Positions 18,233 through 27,672 of a stretch of DNA of 32,000 bases are shown one piece after another (position 1 is the stretch's first letter; each line of letters begins with the position of its first letter). Origin of the DNA: Desulfobulbus propionicus DSM 2032 (GTDB lineage: Bacteria > Desulfobacterota > Desulfobulbia > Desulfobulbales > Desulfobulbaceae). The DNA is taken from positions 3,510,001 to 3,542,000 of the forward strand of contig NC_014972.1 of the NCBI RefSeq assembly GCF_000186885.1. The letters are read 5' to 3'. Position numbers and translations under genes: made by a program. The notes below the pieces were generated by a model that was given only the letters and a program-made list of their open reading frames with translations, was not told the origin of the DNA and made no database searches.

Positions 18233-18907
18233 TCACTGCTTTTGCCATCGCACCGCGAGAAAAGCGCCGGCGTCTGGGGATAGTCGGCCGCCCCGGGTCT
18301 CTGTCGCCGGGATCAGATCCACGGGATCGTCCTTTTGAAAATGAATGGCGGTCTTGACCTGGCATGGGACGGGAACGAGAGAGCGCATTTCCTCCGGCGA
18401 TCTGAAACAAATTTCTTGGAACAAGGAATGGCCCTGTTCCGCCTTGCGCTTTCGCCGCGTCGCCCAGGGACTGCGACTATTGAGGGTGGTGACTACCACC
18501 GGGCCGCCCCTGCGGACGACCCGATTCAGTTCGGCAATGGCCTTGGCGGCATCGGCGACAAACTCAATCGCGGTCATGGAAAACACCCGGTCAAAACTGT
18601 TGTCGGCAAAGGGCAAGGCCCCCATGTCGGCGCACAGAGCGGTGAAACGAGGTCCCGCCGCCCGCTTCCGCGCCCTGTCCAGCATTGGCACCGACAGGTC
18701 CACTCCGATAACCATGGCCCCTCGATCAAGGACATCCCCGGTGAACAGACCGGTTCCGCAGCCGGCGTCCAGAATGCGTTCACCGGGTTGAGGGGCGAGG
18801 AATTCGAGCAGTAAGGCGGATTCGTAGATTTTGACCAACTGGCCTGTTGGGGTGTCGAACCAGCGGTCGTACTGTTCTGGCCAGGTGTCAAAGAGCGCGG
18901 TTGTCAT
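18233..18907 (-). CDS. class I SAM-dependent methyltransferase (Methyltransf_11-like)
   Basis: ILDAGCGTGLFT (motif I), VIGVDLS and FDRVFSMTAIEFV. Confidence 0.8.
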   Translation of the reverse strand: MTTALFDTWPEQYDRWFDTPTGQLVKIYESALLLEFLAPQPGERILDAGCGTGLFTGDVLDRGAMVIGVDLSVPMLDRARKRAAGPRFTALCADMGALPFADNSFDRVFSMTAIEFVADAAKAIAELNRVVRRGGPVVVTTLNSRSPWATRRKRKAEQGHSLFQEICFRSPEEMRSLVPVPCQVKTAIHFQKDDPVDLIPATETRGGRLSPDAGAFLAVRWQKQ

Positions 18908-19676
18908 GGTTGTCCTCGGGTGGATGGCGGGCTTGCCAGGCGTCCTTTGCCGGCAGTTCGCACAAGCGGTGCGAACGTACCACCTCGATCATCCGGCCGA
19001 TCAGCTCGGAGTTGCTTTGGACGTGAAAAATATACCGGGGCACATTGCTTCCCGGCATTCGGGCCATGAACGGCTCGCCCCAAAAGCTCAGCAGGCATTC
19101 GATCCTGCCCACCTTCTCGATATCAGAGATGATCGCCGAAACTCCGCCGGCGATGGAGGTCCAGATCACCTCCTGCACCTTGGCCCGGCTGGGGCATTGG
19201 TCGATTTTCGGCATCACCTCCTTTTCCCAGAGGTCGCGGTCGGATTGATCGAGGATGAACTGGATCGAGTGAACGTTGGGATTTTCGATGGCTGTTTTGA
19301 AGAGGTCGTCGAACACCGCCTGGCGTTTGAACATCAGGGGACAAACGTGAAACCACAGCATTTCGTTGCAGGCATGATGAGAAAATTCCATCATCGCCTG
19401 GTGGATCTGCTGCGGGCCGATCAGGACCACGTCATGGGGCCGCAGCCGGGCCAACATTTCATTGAGGGAAAATTCCGTCCGCTGCAAACATTCCCCCAGA
19501 CGCTCCCCGTCACGCTCGCGGCGCAGATCGCGCAAAAACAGCAGGGCAATCAGCACCACCGCGATCATGAGCAGGACATCCGATTCCACCAAGTGGAGAA
19601 AATGCATGAGGATGGCCGCCACTGCGGCAATAATGCCGGCAATGGCATCCCAGTCGTATTTCAGATATTGTTTCAT
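18888..19676 (-). CDS. membrane-anchored protein of unknown function (2 N-terminal TM helices plus a cytoplasmic domain)
   Basis: 262-aa ORF. WDAIAGIIAAVAAILMHFL and VLLMIAVVLIALLFL are hydrophobic helices. Its 3' end overlaps the methyltransferase start by 20 nt, suggesting an operon. Confidence 0.55.
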   Translation of the reverse strand: MKQYLKYDWDAIAGIIAAVAAILMHFLHLVESDVLLMIAVVLIALLFLRDLRRERDGERLGECLQRTEFSLNEMLARLRPHDVVLIGPQQIHQAMMEFSHHACNEMLWFHVCPLMFKRQAVFDDLFKTAIENPNVHSIQFILDQSDRDLWEKEVMPKIDQCPSRAKVQEVIWTSIAGGVSAIISDIEKVGRIECLLSFWGEPFMARMPGSNVPRYIFHVQSNSELIGRMIEVVRSHRLCELPAKDAWQARHPPEDNHDNRAL

Positions 19677-19995
19677 CGCAACACGTCGTGATGTTTCTCG
19701 TTGATGGTCTTGCCGAGCGGGCGATCACCGAAAACCTGGTCGTATCGCTGTTCGATTGCTTAAGAGTGGGTAGCCGAGCGGTTCAATGGTGTCAATGCCT
19801 TTTCGTGAAGCCCTCGGCGGGATTTGACGACGGAGCCCCTCCGCAGGTCGATCTCATTTTTTATTTCATTCCAACCGGCCAAAACGAATGATAGTTCTTA
19901 ATATCATTTATCCCTCATTTAACCAGCATTGCGACAGACGCCTGCTTGCTTATTGTGTAAAGCACAGGAACGAAAAAAGAGAATACGTAATCCCA

Positions 19996-20175
19996 ATGGA
20001 GGATGTCATGGTTGGATATGAATCGCTAGCTTGGATCAAGGACAAAAACGGAAAGGAATATGTCTGCCCGATTGATGCGCTCAAGGGCGACATTAGCGAT
20101 CGCGTTGAACTTAACGAGGACGAGCGGCGCGCATGCATGGACGTGAATCTGCTCATCGGCACCGAGCGCTGGTGA
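19996..20175 (+). CDS. small conserved protein, paralog 1 (C-terminal CMDVNLLIGTERW)
   Basis: Begins MEDVMVGYESL... An identical 16-nt ATGGAGGATGTCATGG is shared with paralog 2. The internal GGAGGA could act as the SD for the second ATG (20008). The track ORF start at 19888 is in AT-rich DNA and is unlikely to be real. Confidence 0.55.
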   Translation: MEDVMVGYESLAWIKDKNGKEYVCPIDALKGDISDRVELNEDERRACMDVNLLIGTERW

Positions 20176-20206
20176 GAAGTGCCACGTTAGTCAACCTCAA
20201 CATCAC

Positions 20207-20419
20207 ATGGAGGATGTCATGGAATATTTGGAAAGAGACCCTGGAGTCAGGAACGTGGGATATGAGTCGTTGGTCTGGGTGCGGGATGACAAAGGCAGGG
20301 AGTTCAGTTGTTCCCTGGATGCAGACCGCGGAGGTATTCGTTCCATCAACGACTTAACCGCGCACGAGCGATCAACCTGCATGGATGTGAACGTGCTCAT
20401 CGGCACTGAGCGGTGGTAG
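20207..20419 (+). CDS. small conserved protein, paralog 2 (C-terminal CMDVNVLIGTERW)
   Basis: About 50% identical to paralog 1 over the alignable region, with many synonymous differences. Both Cys residues are conserved. Alternative start at 20219. Confidence 0.55.
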   Translation: MEDVMEYLERDPGVRNVGYESLVWVRDDKGREFSCSLDADRGGIRSINDLTAHERSTCMDVNVLIGTERW

Positions 20420-20450
20420 ACGCTCAGCGAGCCACATAATCTGTCAAAGC

Positions 20451-20478
20451 AAGGCCCCAAGCGGGCCTTACTTTTTTT
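20451..20478 (+). terminator. Rho-independent terminator
   Basis: aaggccc (20451-20457) pairs with gggcctt (20463-20469), with loop caagc, followed by a-cttttttt. Confidence 0.7.
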
Positions 20479-20527
20479 GCCGCCTGCATTCCTGGCGCGA
20501 ACCGGCTCAGCCAGGCCGCCGCCCGGG

Positions 20528-21061
20528 TCAGAAATTGATCTTCACGCCCATGTTGACGGTATATCCGCTCACATCGATATGTTCACCCAGACCGCCATCC
20601 AATTCCTGGGAGCGATAAATCACCTCTCCGAACAGTTTGACGATCGGAAAGGGCACCCACTCGATACCGCCGCCCAGGTATCCCCCCAGACTCGAATCCA
20701 CGTCGTGGTGATCGGCATCGGCATAGATGAAGGACAGGCCGCCGAGGGCGTAAGGATTGATGGAGGCGTCGGGCAGCAGGTGCAGTTGCAGGCCCAGGTC
20801 CACCGGAACCATGGTGAGTTCGTCATCGTGGCCCAAATCGCTGTCTTCGGCAAGGTAGATTCGGCCGTCGAACCGCAGGTGATCGGTGAGCAGAGGCATG
20901 CCCAACCCGATGCCAGCACACCAGGTGCCTTCAGCATCGCCCTTATCCCAATAACTGCCAAATCCATAGAGGTCGAGTGCCGGAGCTGGTGTCCCGGTGA
21001 AGGCAATCAGACACCCGGCGCCAAACAGCAGGCCGACGATGGTTTTTTTTGTAATATGCAC
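20528..21061 (-). CDS. small outer-membrane beta-barrel protein (OmpW/OmpA-barrel-like)
   Basis: Signal peptide MHITKKTIVGLLFGAGCLIAFTGTPAPA. Alternating hydrophobic strands and a C-terminal ...VNMGVKINF (terminal Phe). GTG start. Confidence 0.65.
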   Translation of the reverse strand: MHITKKTIVGLLFGAGCLIAFTGTPAPALDLYGFGSYWDKGDAEGTWCAGIGLGMPLLTDHLRFDGRIYLAEDSDLGHDDELTMVPVDLGLQLHLLPDASINPYALGGLSFIYADADHHDVDSSLGGYLGGGIEWVPFPIVKLFGEVIYRSQELDGGLGEHIDVSGYTVNMGVKINF

Positions 21062-21166
21062 GGTATTTCGTTCAATTGAGGTGGAAAGATTGCCTCGCAG
21101 AGCTGTAAGAACGCATCAGAACTCTTTTGCCGTTCAAAATCATTGTCGGCAAGTCTTACGAAGGAG

Positions 21167-21192
21167 TGCCTATTCCGGTGGAAGCCGGCCAC
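21167..21192. repeat. IS21-family terminal inverted repeat (istB-proximal end)
   Basis: tgcctattccggtggaagccggccac. Confidence 0.7.
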
Positions 21193-21253
21193 CTCTTCCA
21201 GTGATTCCGGCCACCCCGGTCGGAGCGTAGCGACGCGGTTGTTTATGGTGTCT

Positions 21254-22006
21254 CTACTTGCTGTCGTGTTGTTCTGTCAATGGGGTCTTTTTCCGCATCG
21301 ATCCTCCTTTGAGTTTCAGGGTGTGGGCATTGTGGACCAGTCGGTCAAGGATTGCGTCCGCCGTAGTGGGGTCACCAATGTGTTCATGCCAGTGCTCAAG
21401 CGGGAGTTGACTGGTGACCAGTGTGGAGCGCAGTCCATGGCGATCCTCTAAAATTTCTAAAAAATCATAGCGCTGTTCTCTGGTGAACGGCGCCAGGCCA
21501 TAATCATCGAGGATCAGCAGGTCGGTTTTGGCGAAGGTGGCCAGGAGCTTGATGTAGCGACCGTCGCCTCTGGCTAGGGCGAGATCGGCAAAGAGGCGTG
21601 CAACCCTCAGATACAGCACGCTGAACCCTTCCCGACAAGCGGTGTGGGAAAGGGCACAGGCCAGGTACGATTTGCCCACGCCGGTGGGACCGGTGATGAG
21701 CAGGTTCTGCTTCTGCTTGATCCATTGACAGGTGGCCAGTTGCAGCACCTGCGACCGGTCCAGGCCACGGGGGTGTTTGAAATCGATATCTTCAATAACC
21801 GCATTCTGCCGAAGTTTGGCTTTGCGGAGCCGGGCCTGCATTTGCCTGGTTTGACGGAGATCGGTCTCCCGGTCGACCAAAAGACCAAGTCGCTGTTCAA
21901 ACGACAACTCGTTGATCTCCGGCTGTTGCCATTGCTGCTTCAACGCCTGGACCATTCCACGCAACCGAAGTGATTCCAGTTTATCGAGGGTTGGATGAGT
22001 CAACAT
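21254..22006 (-). CDS. istB: IS21-family transposition helper ATPase IstB
   Basis: LLITGPTGVGKSYLACAL (Walker A), DLLILDDYG (Walker B) and an N-terminal MLTHPTLDKLESLRLRGM. Confidence 0.92.
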   Translation of the reverse strand: MLTHPTLDKLESLRLRGMVQALKQQWQQPEINELSFEQRLGLLVDRETDLRQTRQMQARLRKAKLRQNAVIEDIDFKHPRGLDRSQVLQLATCQWIKQKQNLLITGPTGVGKSYLACALSHTACREGFSVLYLRVARLFADLALARGDGRYIKLLATFAKTDLLILDDYGLAPFTREQRYDFLEILEDRHGLRSTLVTSQLPLEHWHEHIGDPTTADAILDRLVHNAHTLKLKGGSMRKKTPLTEQHDSK

Positions 22007-22015
22007 GGCGCCTCC

Positions 22016-23566
22016 TTACTGCAACGTGGGGTGGTAATAGTGAGGGCCGCGGATGTTGTCGTGAACCACAGGGCTCGGAGCCGCCACCTCCTCCTCATTG
22101 GCCTTGTCCAGACCGTTTTTGAGGATGGAGTCAATGCTGCGGAAAGAGACCGCACCGATGACCAGCGCCCGGCCGCAGGCCTGCTCCAGCCGGTCGTTGC
22201 CATAGCTCTTGCCTAAACGAAGAATGCCCATCAAGCTGCGATAGGCCTGTTGAGGATGCACGCGGGAGGCCAGGATTTTTTCGGTGAGTTGCGTGGTCAG
22301 TGGGCCGATCTTGGCTGCCCAGCGGAGAAACCGTTCCGGTGTCCACTGTTGATACTGCCGGTGCGCCGGCGGCATGTGCTCGGTTACCGTGGTGTGGCGG
22401 CCCTTGTCCCGACTGCGTTGATGACTGGCAACCCGTTGTCCCCGGTCAAAACATTCGATTACGGACGAGGTGATGCGGATGTCGAGCCGCTTTTTCACCA
22501 GCCGGGAGGGGACGCTGTAATAATGCCCGTCTACTTCGACGTGATAATCGATATGCACCGTGGCCTTCTTCCACAGAGCAAACTCGTACGGTGTGGCCGG
22601 CAAAGGCTTAAGGGCCGGTTGGTCGAGGCTGTGGAACAGGCTTTGGCGTGAACCGGGAAGTTTCTGGAAGGGTTTGGTGTTGAGTGCGTGCAGGTGTTGG
22701 CTGATGGCCTGGTTCAACTCCGCAAGGGAGAAGAACCGTTGGTGCCGCAGTTTGGCCAGGATCTGCCGTTCAACGATCTGAACCGCAGTTTCCACCTTGG
22801 CTTTGTCGCGTGGGGCGCGAACCCGGGCCGGCAGGACCGCCACACCGTACTGCGTGGCCATGTCCTGATAGGTGGGGTTCAACTCTGGCTCGTAGCGGCA
22901 GGTTTTGCTCACACCGCTTTTGAGGTTGTCAGGAACCACCACCTCTGGGACACCACCGAGAAAAGCAAAGCAACGAACGTGCGAACCGATCCAGTCCGGC
23001 AGTCCCTGGCTCCAGGTCGCCTCGCAGTACGTCAGGTTACTGGCTCCCAAAGTGGCGACAAAAATCTCTGCTTTGCGGATCTCACCGGTCTTGCCCTCCA
23101 ATACCTCCATGGTCTGACCGGCATAGTCGACAAACAGCTTCTCTCCGGCGCGATGTTCCTGACGCATCACCGGGTCGACGGTGCCCCGCCACCGTTCGTA
23201 CTGCTGACAAAACCAGCTGTATTGGCACCCCTCCGGATGCTTTTCTTTGTACTCCTGCCAGAGCAGGGCCAAAGTTACGCCTTTATGCCGCAGCTCCCGT
23301 TGTACTTCGACCCAATCGGGTTGCGGCAGGCTTTGTTGCCTTTCGGGGCTTACCGAGGGAAACAGTCGTTGCTCCAACCCCTTCTCATCCAGTCCGTCAG
23401 GCAACGGCCAGGAAAGCCCTGCAGCCTGGGCGCGCAGCAGGTAATCCGCCACCGTGCTCCGGCTCACCGACACACTCAAGGCCACCTCTCGATTGCTCAA
23501 TCCGTGGCCATACTTTAACCGCAGTATTTCGTAAATCTTGCGCATGGATAATCTCTCCGCCGGCAT
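22016..23566 (-). CDS. istA: IS21-family transposase IstA
   Basis: N-terminal HTH (MRKIYEILRLKYGHGLSNREVALSVSVSRSTV) and a DDE region (LFVDYAG...). I chose the start at ATG 23566, which has gggagg upstream; the track ORF starts at 23605. Confidence 0.9.
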   Translation of the reverse strand: MPAERLSMRKIYEILRLKYGHGLSNREVALSVSVSRSTVADYLLRAQAAGLSWPLPDGLDEKGLEQRLFPSVSPERQQSLPQPDWVEVQRELRHKGVTLALLWQEYKEKHPEGCQYSWFCQQYERWRGTVDPVMRQEHRAGEKLFVDYAGQTMEVLEGKTGEIRKAEIFVATLGASNLTYCEATWSQGLPDWIGSHVRCFAFLGGVPEVVVPDNLKSGVSKTCRYEPELNPTYQDMATQYGVAVLPARVRAPRDKAKVETAVQIVERQILAKLRHQRFFSLAELNQAISQHLHALNTKPFQKLPGSRQSLFHSLDQPALKPLPATPYEFALWKKATVHIDYHVEVDGHYYSVPSRLVKKRLDIRITSSVIECFDRGQRVASHQRSRDKGRHTTVTEHMPPAHRQYQQWTPERFLRWAAKIGPLTTQLTEKILASRVHPQQAYRSLMGILRLGKSYGNDRLEQACGRALVIGAVSFRSIDSILKNGLDKANEEEVAAPSPVVHDNIRGPHYYHPTLQ

Positions 23567-23702
23567 CTTGCCCTCCCGAAAAAAAGGAGACCAGATACCA
23601 GGCATTATCCCGCGCCGCTACCCCCTCAATGAGGTGGCCGGATTCGACCGGAATCAGTGGCCGCTTTCAAACGGAATACCCGGCCGACTTGAAACGGAAT
23701 CA

Positions 23703-23728
23703 GTGGCCGGCTTGCTCCGGAATACGCA
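23703..23728. repeat. IS21-family terminal inverted repeat (istA-proximal end)
   Basis: gtggccggcttgctccggaatacgca. Its reverse complement matches 21167-21192 at 23 of 26 positions. Confidence 0.7.
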
Positions 23729-23739
23729 AGCCCCTCCTT

Positions 23740-24675
23740 TTACGCCGCAACGGGGAGTTCATTTGCAGCGGAACCATCTTCCTGAACACCAGCAATCCCA
23801 ACCTTATCGAGGACAAAATCTGCAGCTTGCTGGGCTTTGGCAGCAGCGGTGAAGATGGCCTTGCTTTCGCCTTGGAGGATCTGCAGCCAGTGGTGGATAT
23901 ACTCCGGATGCCGCATGTTCTCAAAGGGGATGCCGGTGTGGGCACCAAGGAAGGCAGCGCCGATCTCGGCAACCAGTTCCTCGAAGGCATAGCCAAGATC
24001 ACCGAACCGGGTGCCGAACACCCGGTTCAACCGGTCGGGATGCCCGGTCCAATGGCAGATTTCATGGTAGCCAGTGGCGTAATAGAAATCATCATGCTCG
24101 AAGCTGGATCGATGCGGCAGAATCACCATATCCGGACCCGGCAGATAGCAGGCCTTGTTGCCGCCGTGCTTCAAATTCGGCAGAGCCAGGATCTGCTCCG
24201 CCAGTTGGTTGCATGCGTCCACATCCGGTGCATCATGTTCAACCAGCGGCGGCAGGTCCACCCCCTCGCACTGCTCCACATTGAACACCGTGTAGCTGCG
24301 GGCAAAGGGGATCAGCTTCCGCTCCTGTTCGTCATCGGTCAGTGCGTCCTGTGCCGCATCGCCGTCCCGGTCCCTGGCGGGCAGGAACTTCCAGAAAACA
24401 ATGGCCGCTCCTTTCTCACCCTTGCGGACATGGCCGCCCAGTTGCTCGGCATTGCGAAAGGTGAGCCATCGGGGATCGACATGACCACGGGCCAGCGCCA
24501 CCAGGTTGAGCAAGAGGACGTTCATCCCCCGGTAGGGCCGGTTGGTGAGCGCATTGCGGAAGGGTCCGTAATGAACCGTTTGCCAGGGCTTGGCCCAGGG
24601 ATTGACGCCGTCTTCCAGGGCAGTGATGATCTTGGCGGTGATTTCTTCGTAGATGGATATTTTTTGATTGTCCAT
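23740..24675 (-). CDS. ardC: ArdC-like antirestriction protein (ssDNA-binding N-domain plus HExxH metalloprotease domain)
   Basis: MDNQKISIYEEITAKIITALEDGVNPWAKPW (DUF1738-type N-terminus) and YHEICHWTGH (HExxH). The SD aaggag precedes ATG 24675. Confidence 0.85.
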   Translation of the reverse strand: MDNQKISIYEEITAKIITALEDGVNPWAKPWQTVHYGPFRNALTNRPYRGMNVLLLNLVALARGHVDPRWLTFRNAEQLGGHVRKGEKGAAIVFWKFLPARDRDGDAAQDALTDDEQERKLIPFARSYTVFNVEQCEGVDLPPLVEHDAPDVDACNQLAEQILALPNLKHGGNKACYLPGPDMVILPHRSSFEHDDFYYATGYHEICHWTGHPDRLNRVFGTRFGDLGYAFEELVAEIGAAFLGAHTGIPFENMRHPEYIHHWLQILQGESKAIFTAAAKAQQAADFVLDKVGIAGVQEDGSAANELPVAA

Positions 24676-24729
24676 AGTCTTGCTCCTTGGGTGCAGGGGA
24701 CGAACCCATCGGGTCGTCCCCAATGGGTG

Positions 24730-25209
24730 TCAGGCGCTGTGATGGCCGGTTTCGGAAAGGGAGAGGACCTCTTCGCCCACGATCAGATGATCGAGCACCC
24801 GAACATCGATCACCTTGAGGATCTCGGTCAGGGTGCGGGTGAGTTCCAGATCCTCCTTGCTGGGCTGGATACCGCCGGAGGGGTGATTATGGGCAATGAT
24901 CACCGACGCTGCATTGAGCGTTAGCGCCTCCTTGACCACCTCGCGGGGATGGACCGAGTTGCGGTTGATCGAACCCCGGAACATCTCCCGCCAGGCCAGC
25001 ACCTGATGCCGGCTGTCGAGAAACAGGCAACCGAACACCTCGTACTCCAGGCCGGTAAGCTTGAGCCCGATGGCCTCCTTGGCGGCGGTGGGCGACAGGA
25101 TCGCGGCCCCTCGCCGGAACTGATATCCGCTGAGCTTACGAGCTTCGGAGAGAATGGTTTCCTTGGGTGCGGGTTGATAATCGCCGCAGGGATCTTTGAT
25201 GTAGAGCAT
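24730..25209 (-). CDS. radC: RadC-like JAMM domain protein
   Basis: VIIAHNHPSGGIQPSKEDLELT is the JAMM motif (HNHPSG...S.eD). Confidence 0.88.
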   Translation of the reverse strand: MLYIKDPCGDYQPAPKETILSEARKLSGYQFRRGAAILSPTAAKEAIGLKLTGLEYEVFGCLFLDSRHQVLAWREMFRGSINRNSVHPREVVKEALTLNAASVIIAHNHPSGGIQPSKEDLELTRTLTEILKVIDVRVLDHLIVGEEVLSLSETGHHSA

Positions 25210-25289
25210 GTGTGCCTCCTATGGACGAGGCACAACAGCCCATCGGGGCAGTGTGCCCCGTCTGGGATTGGTTTGAGTGCAAATAGTGG

Positions 25290-27591
25290 TCAAGCAGCCT
25301 GGCGGACCTCGGCCAAGACGAAGTGGCCAAGGTGGGGCGGCTTGTAGAGACGAATGGGTTTATGGTTGATCTCGCCATGACCCTGGCGGTCATAGCTGCC
25401 GATCCGGCGGTCTTGCCAATAGATCACCCCGGCTTGCGGTCGGAACCGGTTGCCGTCCACATAGGCCACCGCCGTATTACCCCGGAGATAGACCCTCCCC
25501 CTGATCACCAGCTCGTGGCGGACCAGGGCGGTTTGCCCGTCGGGGGAACTGATGGTGGTCGTAGTGGTCACCCGGGTTTCCTCGGTGGTGGTCACGCTTT
25601 CGGTCTCATCGAGATCGAGCACCGAGGCGAGTTCCAGCTGGCGATACCGGCTCCAGGCGGTGGTGACATCCTCTACCGGCTGCTGGTCGGTTAGGGCCTT
25701 GGCCAGCTCGTAAAGCATGCTGTTCTCCGATTCGGAAAGCGCGGCCAACCCTTGACCCGAGAGTTCGCCCTCAACTGCGAGCGAGGTCTCCATCTTCTGG
25801 GCCATGAGGCTGAGCGCCTTATCCTGCATGGTTTCGGCATAGGCCAGGTAGAAGACCCGGACCGGCAGGTTCTGACCAATCCGCCAGCTACGGCGGCTGG
25901 CCTGCCTGAGGGTGAATACCGAATAGCCGCATTGGAAGAAAACGATGGTCGGGAAGTCGAGCAGATCCAGACCGGTCTTGACCAGGTTGGGGTTGCAGAG
26001 CAGACAGTCGTACTGGCCGGTCTCCAGATGATCCTTTAACCAGCTTTCCCGGTTTTCCGGTTTGACCGCCTGGCCCCGCAGCACCAAAGGAGCAAAACCA
26101 TGGTGGTGCAGCTTGTCCACCAGGGTGGGCACCAGGTCGCGGGTACCGGTGTGTTCGAGAAAGACCGCCACCTTGCGGCCCTGTTTGCGTTCCGTGGTCA
26201 GGATCTCCAACAACCGCTTTTCCTTGGCCAGAAGGTTGATCTCCAGGGCCGGAGCCGAGGCGATCAGTTCCTCTACGCCACCGCGTTCGAGATAAACCCG
26301 TTCGCCGAAGCGGCAACCATCCGGATAGGCAAGCAAACTTTGCAGCATCTTGCCCAAGAGCCGCATGTCGCCGCAGGCGAGAGCCTTGCGGGTGGCAGCG
26401 ACCAGGGTGTTGGAGAGATCGAAATAATGGGTTTGCAGTGTGTCATCCATCGGGGTGGTGACGATGATTTCTTCGTAGTCGGGCAGGGCCTGGCTGACAT
26501 CGTTCAGCCGGACAAAGGCGGAACGCTCCAACAAGAGATCCGGAAGCAACAGGGGGGAAATCCCCGGTGCCTCCTTGACCCGGGCCTTACCAGTCTTGCG
26601 GCCAATGCTGGCCTGATTCCAGTCGGGGCCCAGATCATCGGCTTCGTAGGTGCGTTCCACCACCCCGTAGCGTTCGGCAAATCCGAGGGTGCGACCGTAT
26701 TCAAAACCGGCTTGCACCATCTGCCGGGGAAACATCCGCCAGAGAAGGTAGAACAAATCGCGACTATAGCCGCCCATGAGGGTGACGGTCAGCGCCAGCA
26801 CCTTACGGGAACGGGCGATCAGGCAGGACATGGCCTGGCCCTGGGCAGTGCCGCCTCCCTTGAGTTCATGGACCTCGTCAAGGATGACGAGGATCAAAGA
26901 AGCCCTTGGGAAGATAGCGTTTGATGAACTCAGCCTTGGCATAGCGCCGGTTGCGTCTACCGTCGGCCGACCACATCCGGGCCTGGCAATGTTCGCAGAC
27001 CGGGGCCGGGTCATTCACATTCAAAAAGACCTGAGCACCGCAGTCCGGGCAGCAGGTTGCTCCTTGCCGGACCATGAAGCCGGGCTTGCGCTGGTAGTGC
27101 AGCTTGGCGCGCTCCTTGCCCAGCACCCAGATTTCGGTGCCCCGTGGTTTTGCAGGTTTTCGTTTATGATCGAGCAACAGGGTCATGTCTCGGCCGTTGA
27201 GGTTGATGCAGGTGCAGCCGGGAAGGGTTGCTTCCGCCTCCCGGATCCACTTGCGCACCAGATGACCGGGGCATTGAATGAGGATGCGCTTGGCCGGTTT
27301 GGGATCGAGCGCGGCCACGGCCAGGCTCATGATCGTCTTACCCGCTCCCATCTCGCCCACCAGGAAGGCACCTTTGCAGTCCTCCTTGTAGAGCGTCCGG
27401 GCAATGGGCAGGATGCCGCAGCGGATCTGAGCCTCAAACGGGGTGCGCTTGAGTTGGCCCAGTTGTTCGCGTGCCTGCGCATCCCACTGATCTTCACCCT
27501 TGGGCTGATAGATCGGGTGCATGGTGGTGATGACCTGGGACTTGAGTACCTCGCCCCATTGGTCGAGAAATTCGCTTAAAGGGATGTCCAT
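25290..27591 (-). pseudogene. SF2 (SNF2/DEAD-like) helicase with an inserted zinc ribbon, split by a 1-nt frameshift
   Basis: The N-terminal ORF (26878-27591) carries Walker A (GEMGAGKT) and CCPDCG...CEHC. The C-terminal ORF (25290-27014) carries LVILDEVHELKGG (motif II) and the helicase-C region (QASRRSWRIGQ). Removing one C from gatCCtc (plus strand GG at 26891-26892) joins ...KGFFD to LVILDEVHE. Confidence 0.75.
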
Positions 27592-27672
27592 CGTCTGTCC
27601 TCCATGGGGAAGACAAACGATCCCCGTCAGGGGACCGAATGCCTCCCCTGATCGGGTTGTGTTTGAGTTCGT

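Larger units (their letters stand above)
21167..23728 (-). mobile_element. IS21-family insertion sequence (istA + istB), 2562 bp
   Basis: Terminal TG...CA. 26-bp imperfect inverted repeats (23/26 matches). Subterminal repeated motifs (cggaatcagtggccg at 23649-23663 and 23695-23709; tgattccgg at the other end). The istA/istB gene pair is present. Confidence 0.85.

Noticed and set aside
21150-23745. Possible target-site duplication for the IS21 element (ttacg motifs on both sides; aaggag / ctcctt).
   Set aside because: The ttacg copies lie at different distances from the ends (6 vs 10 nt). The aaggag/ctcctt pair is inverted, not direct. Neither fits a 4-8-bp direct repeat abutting the inverted repeats.
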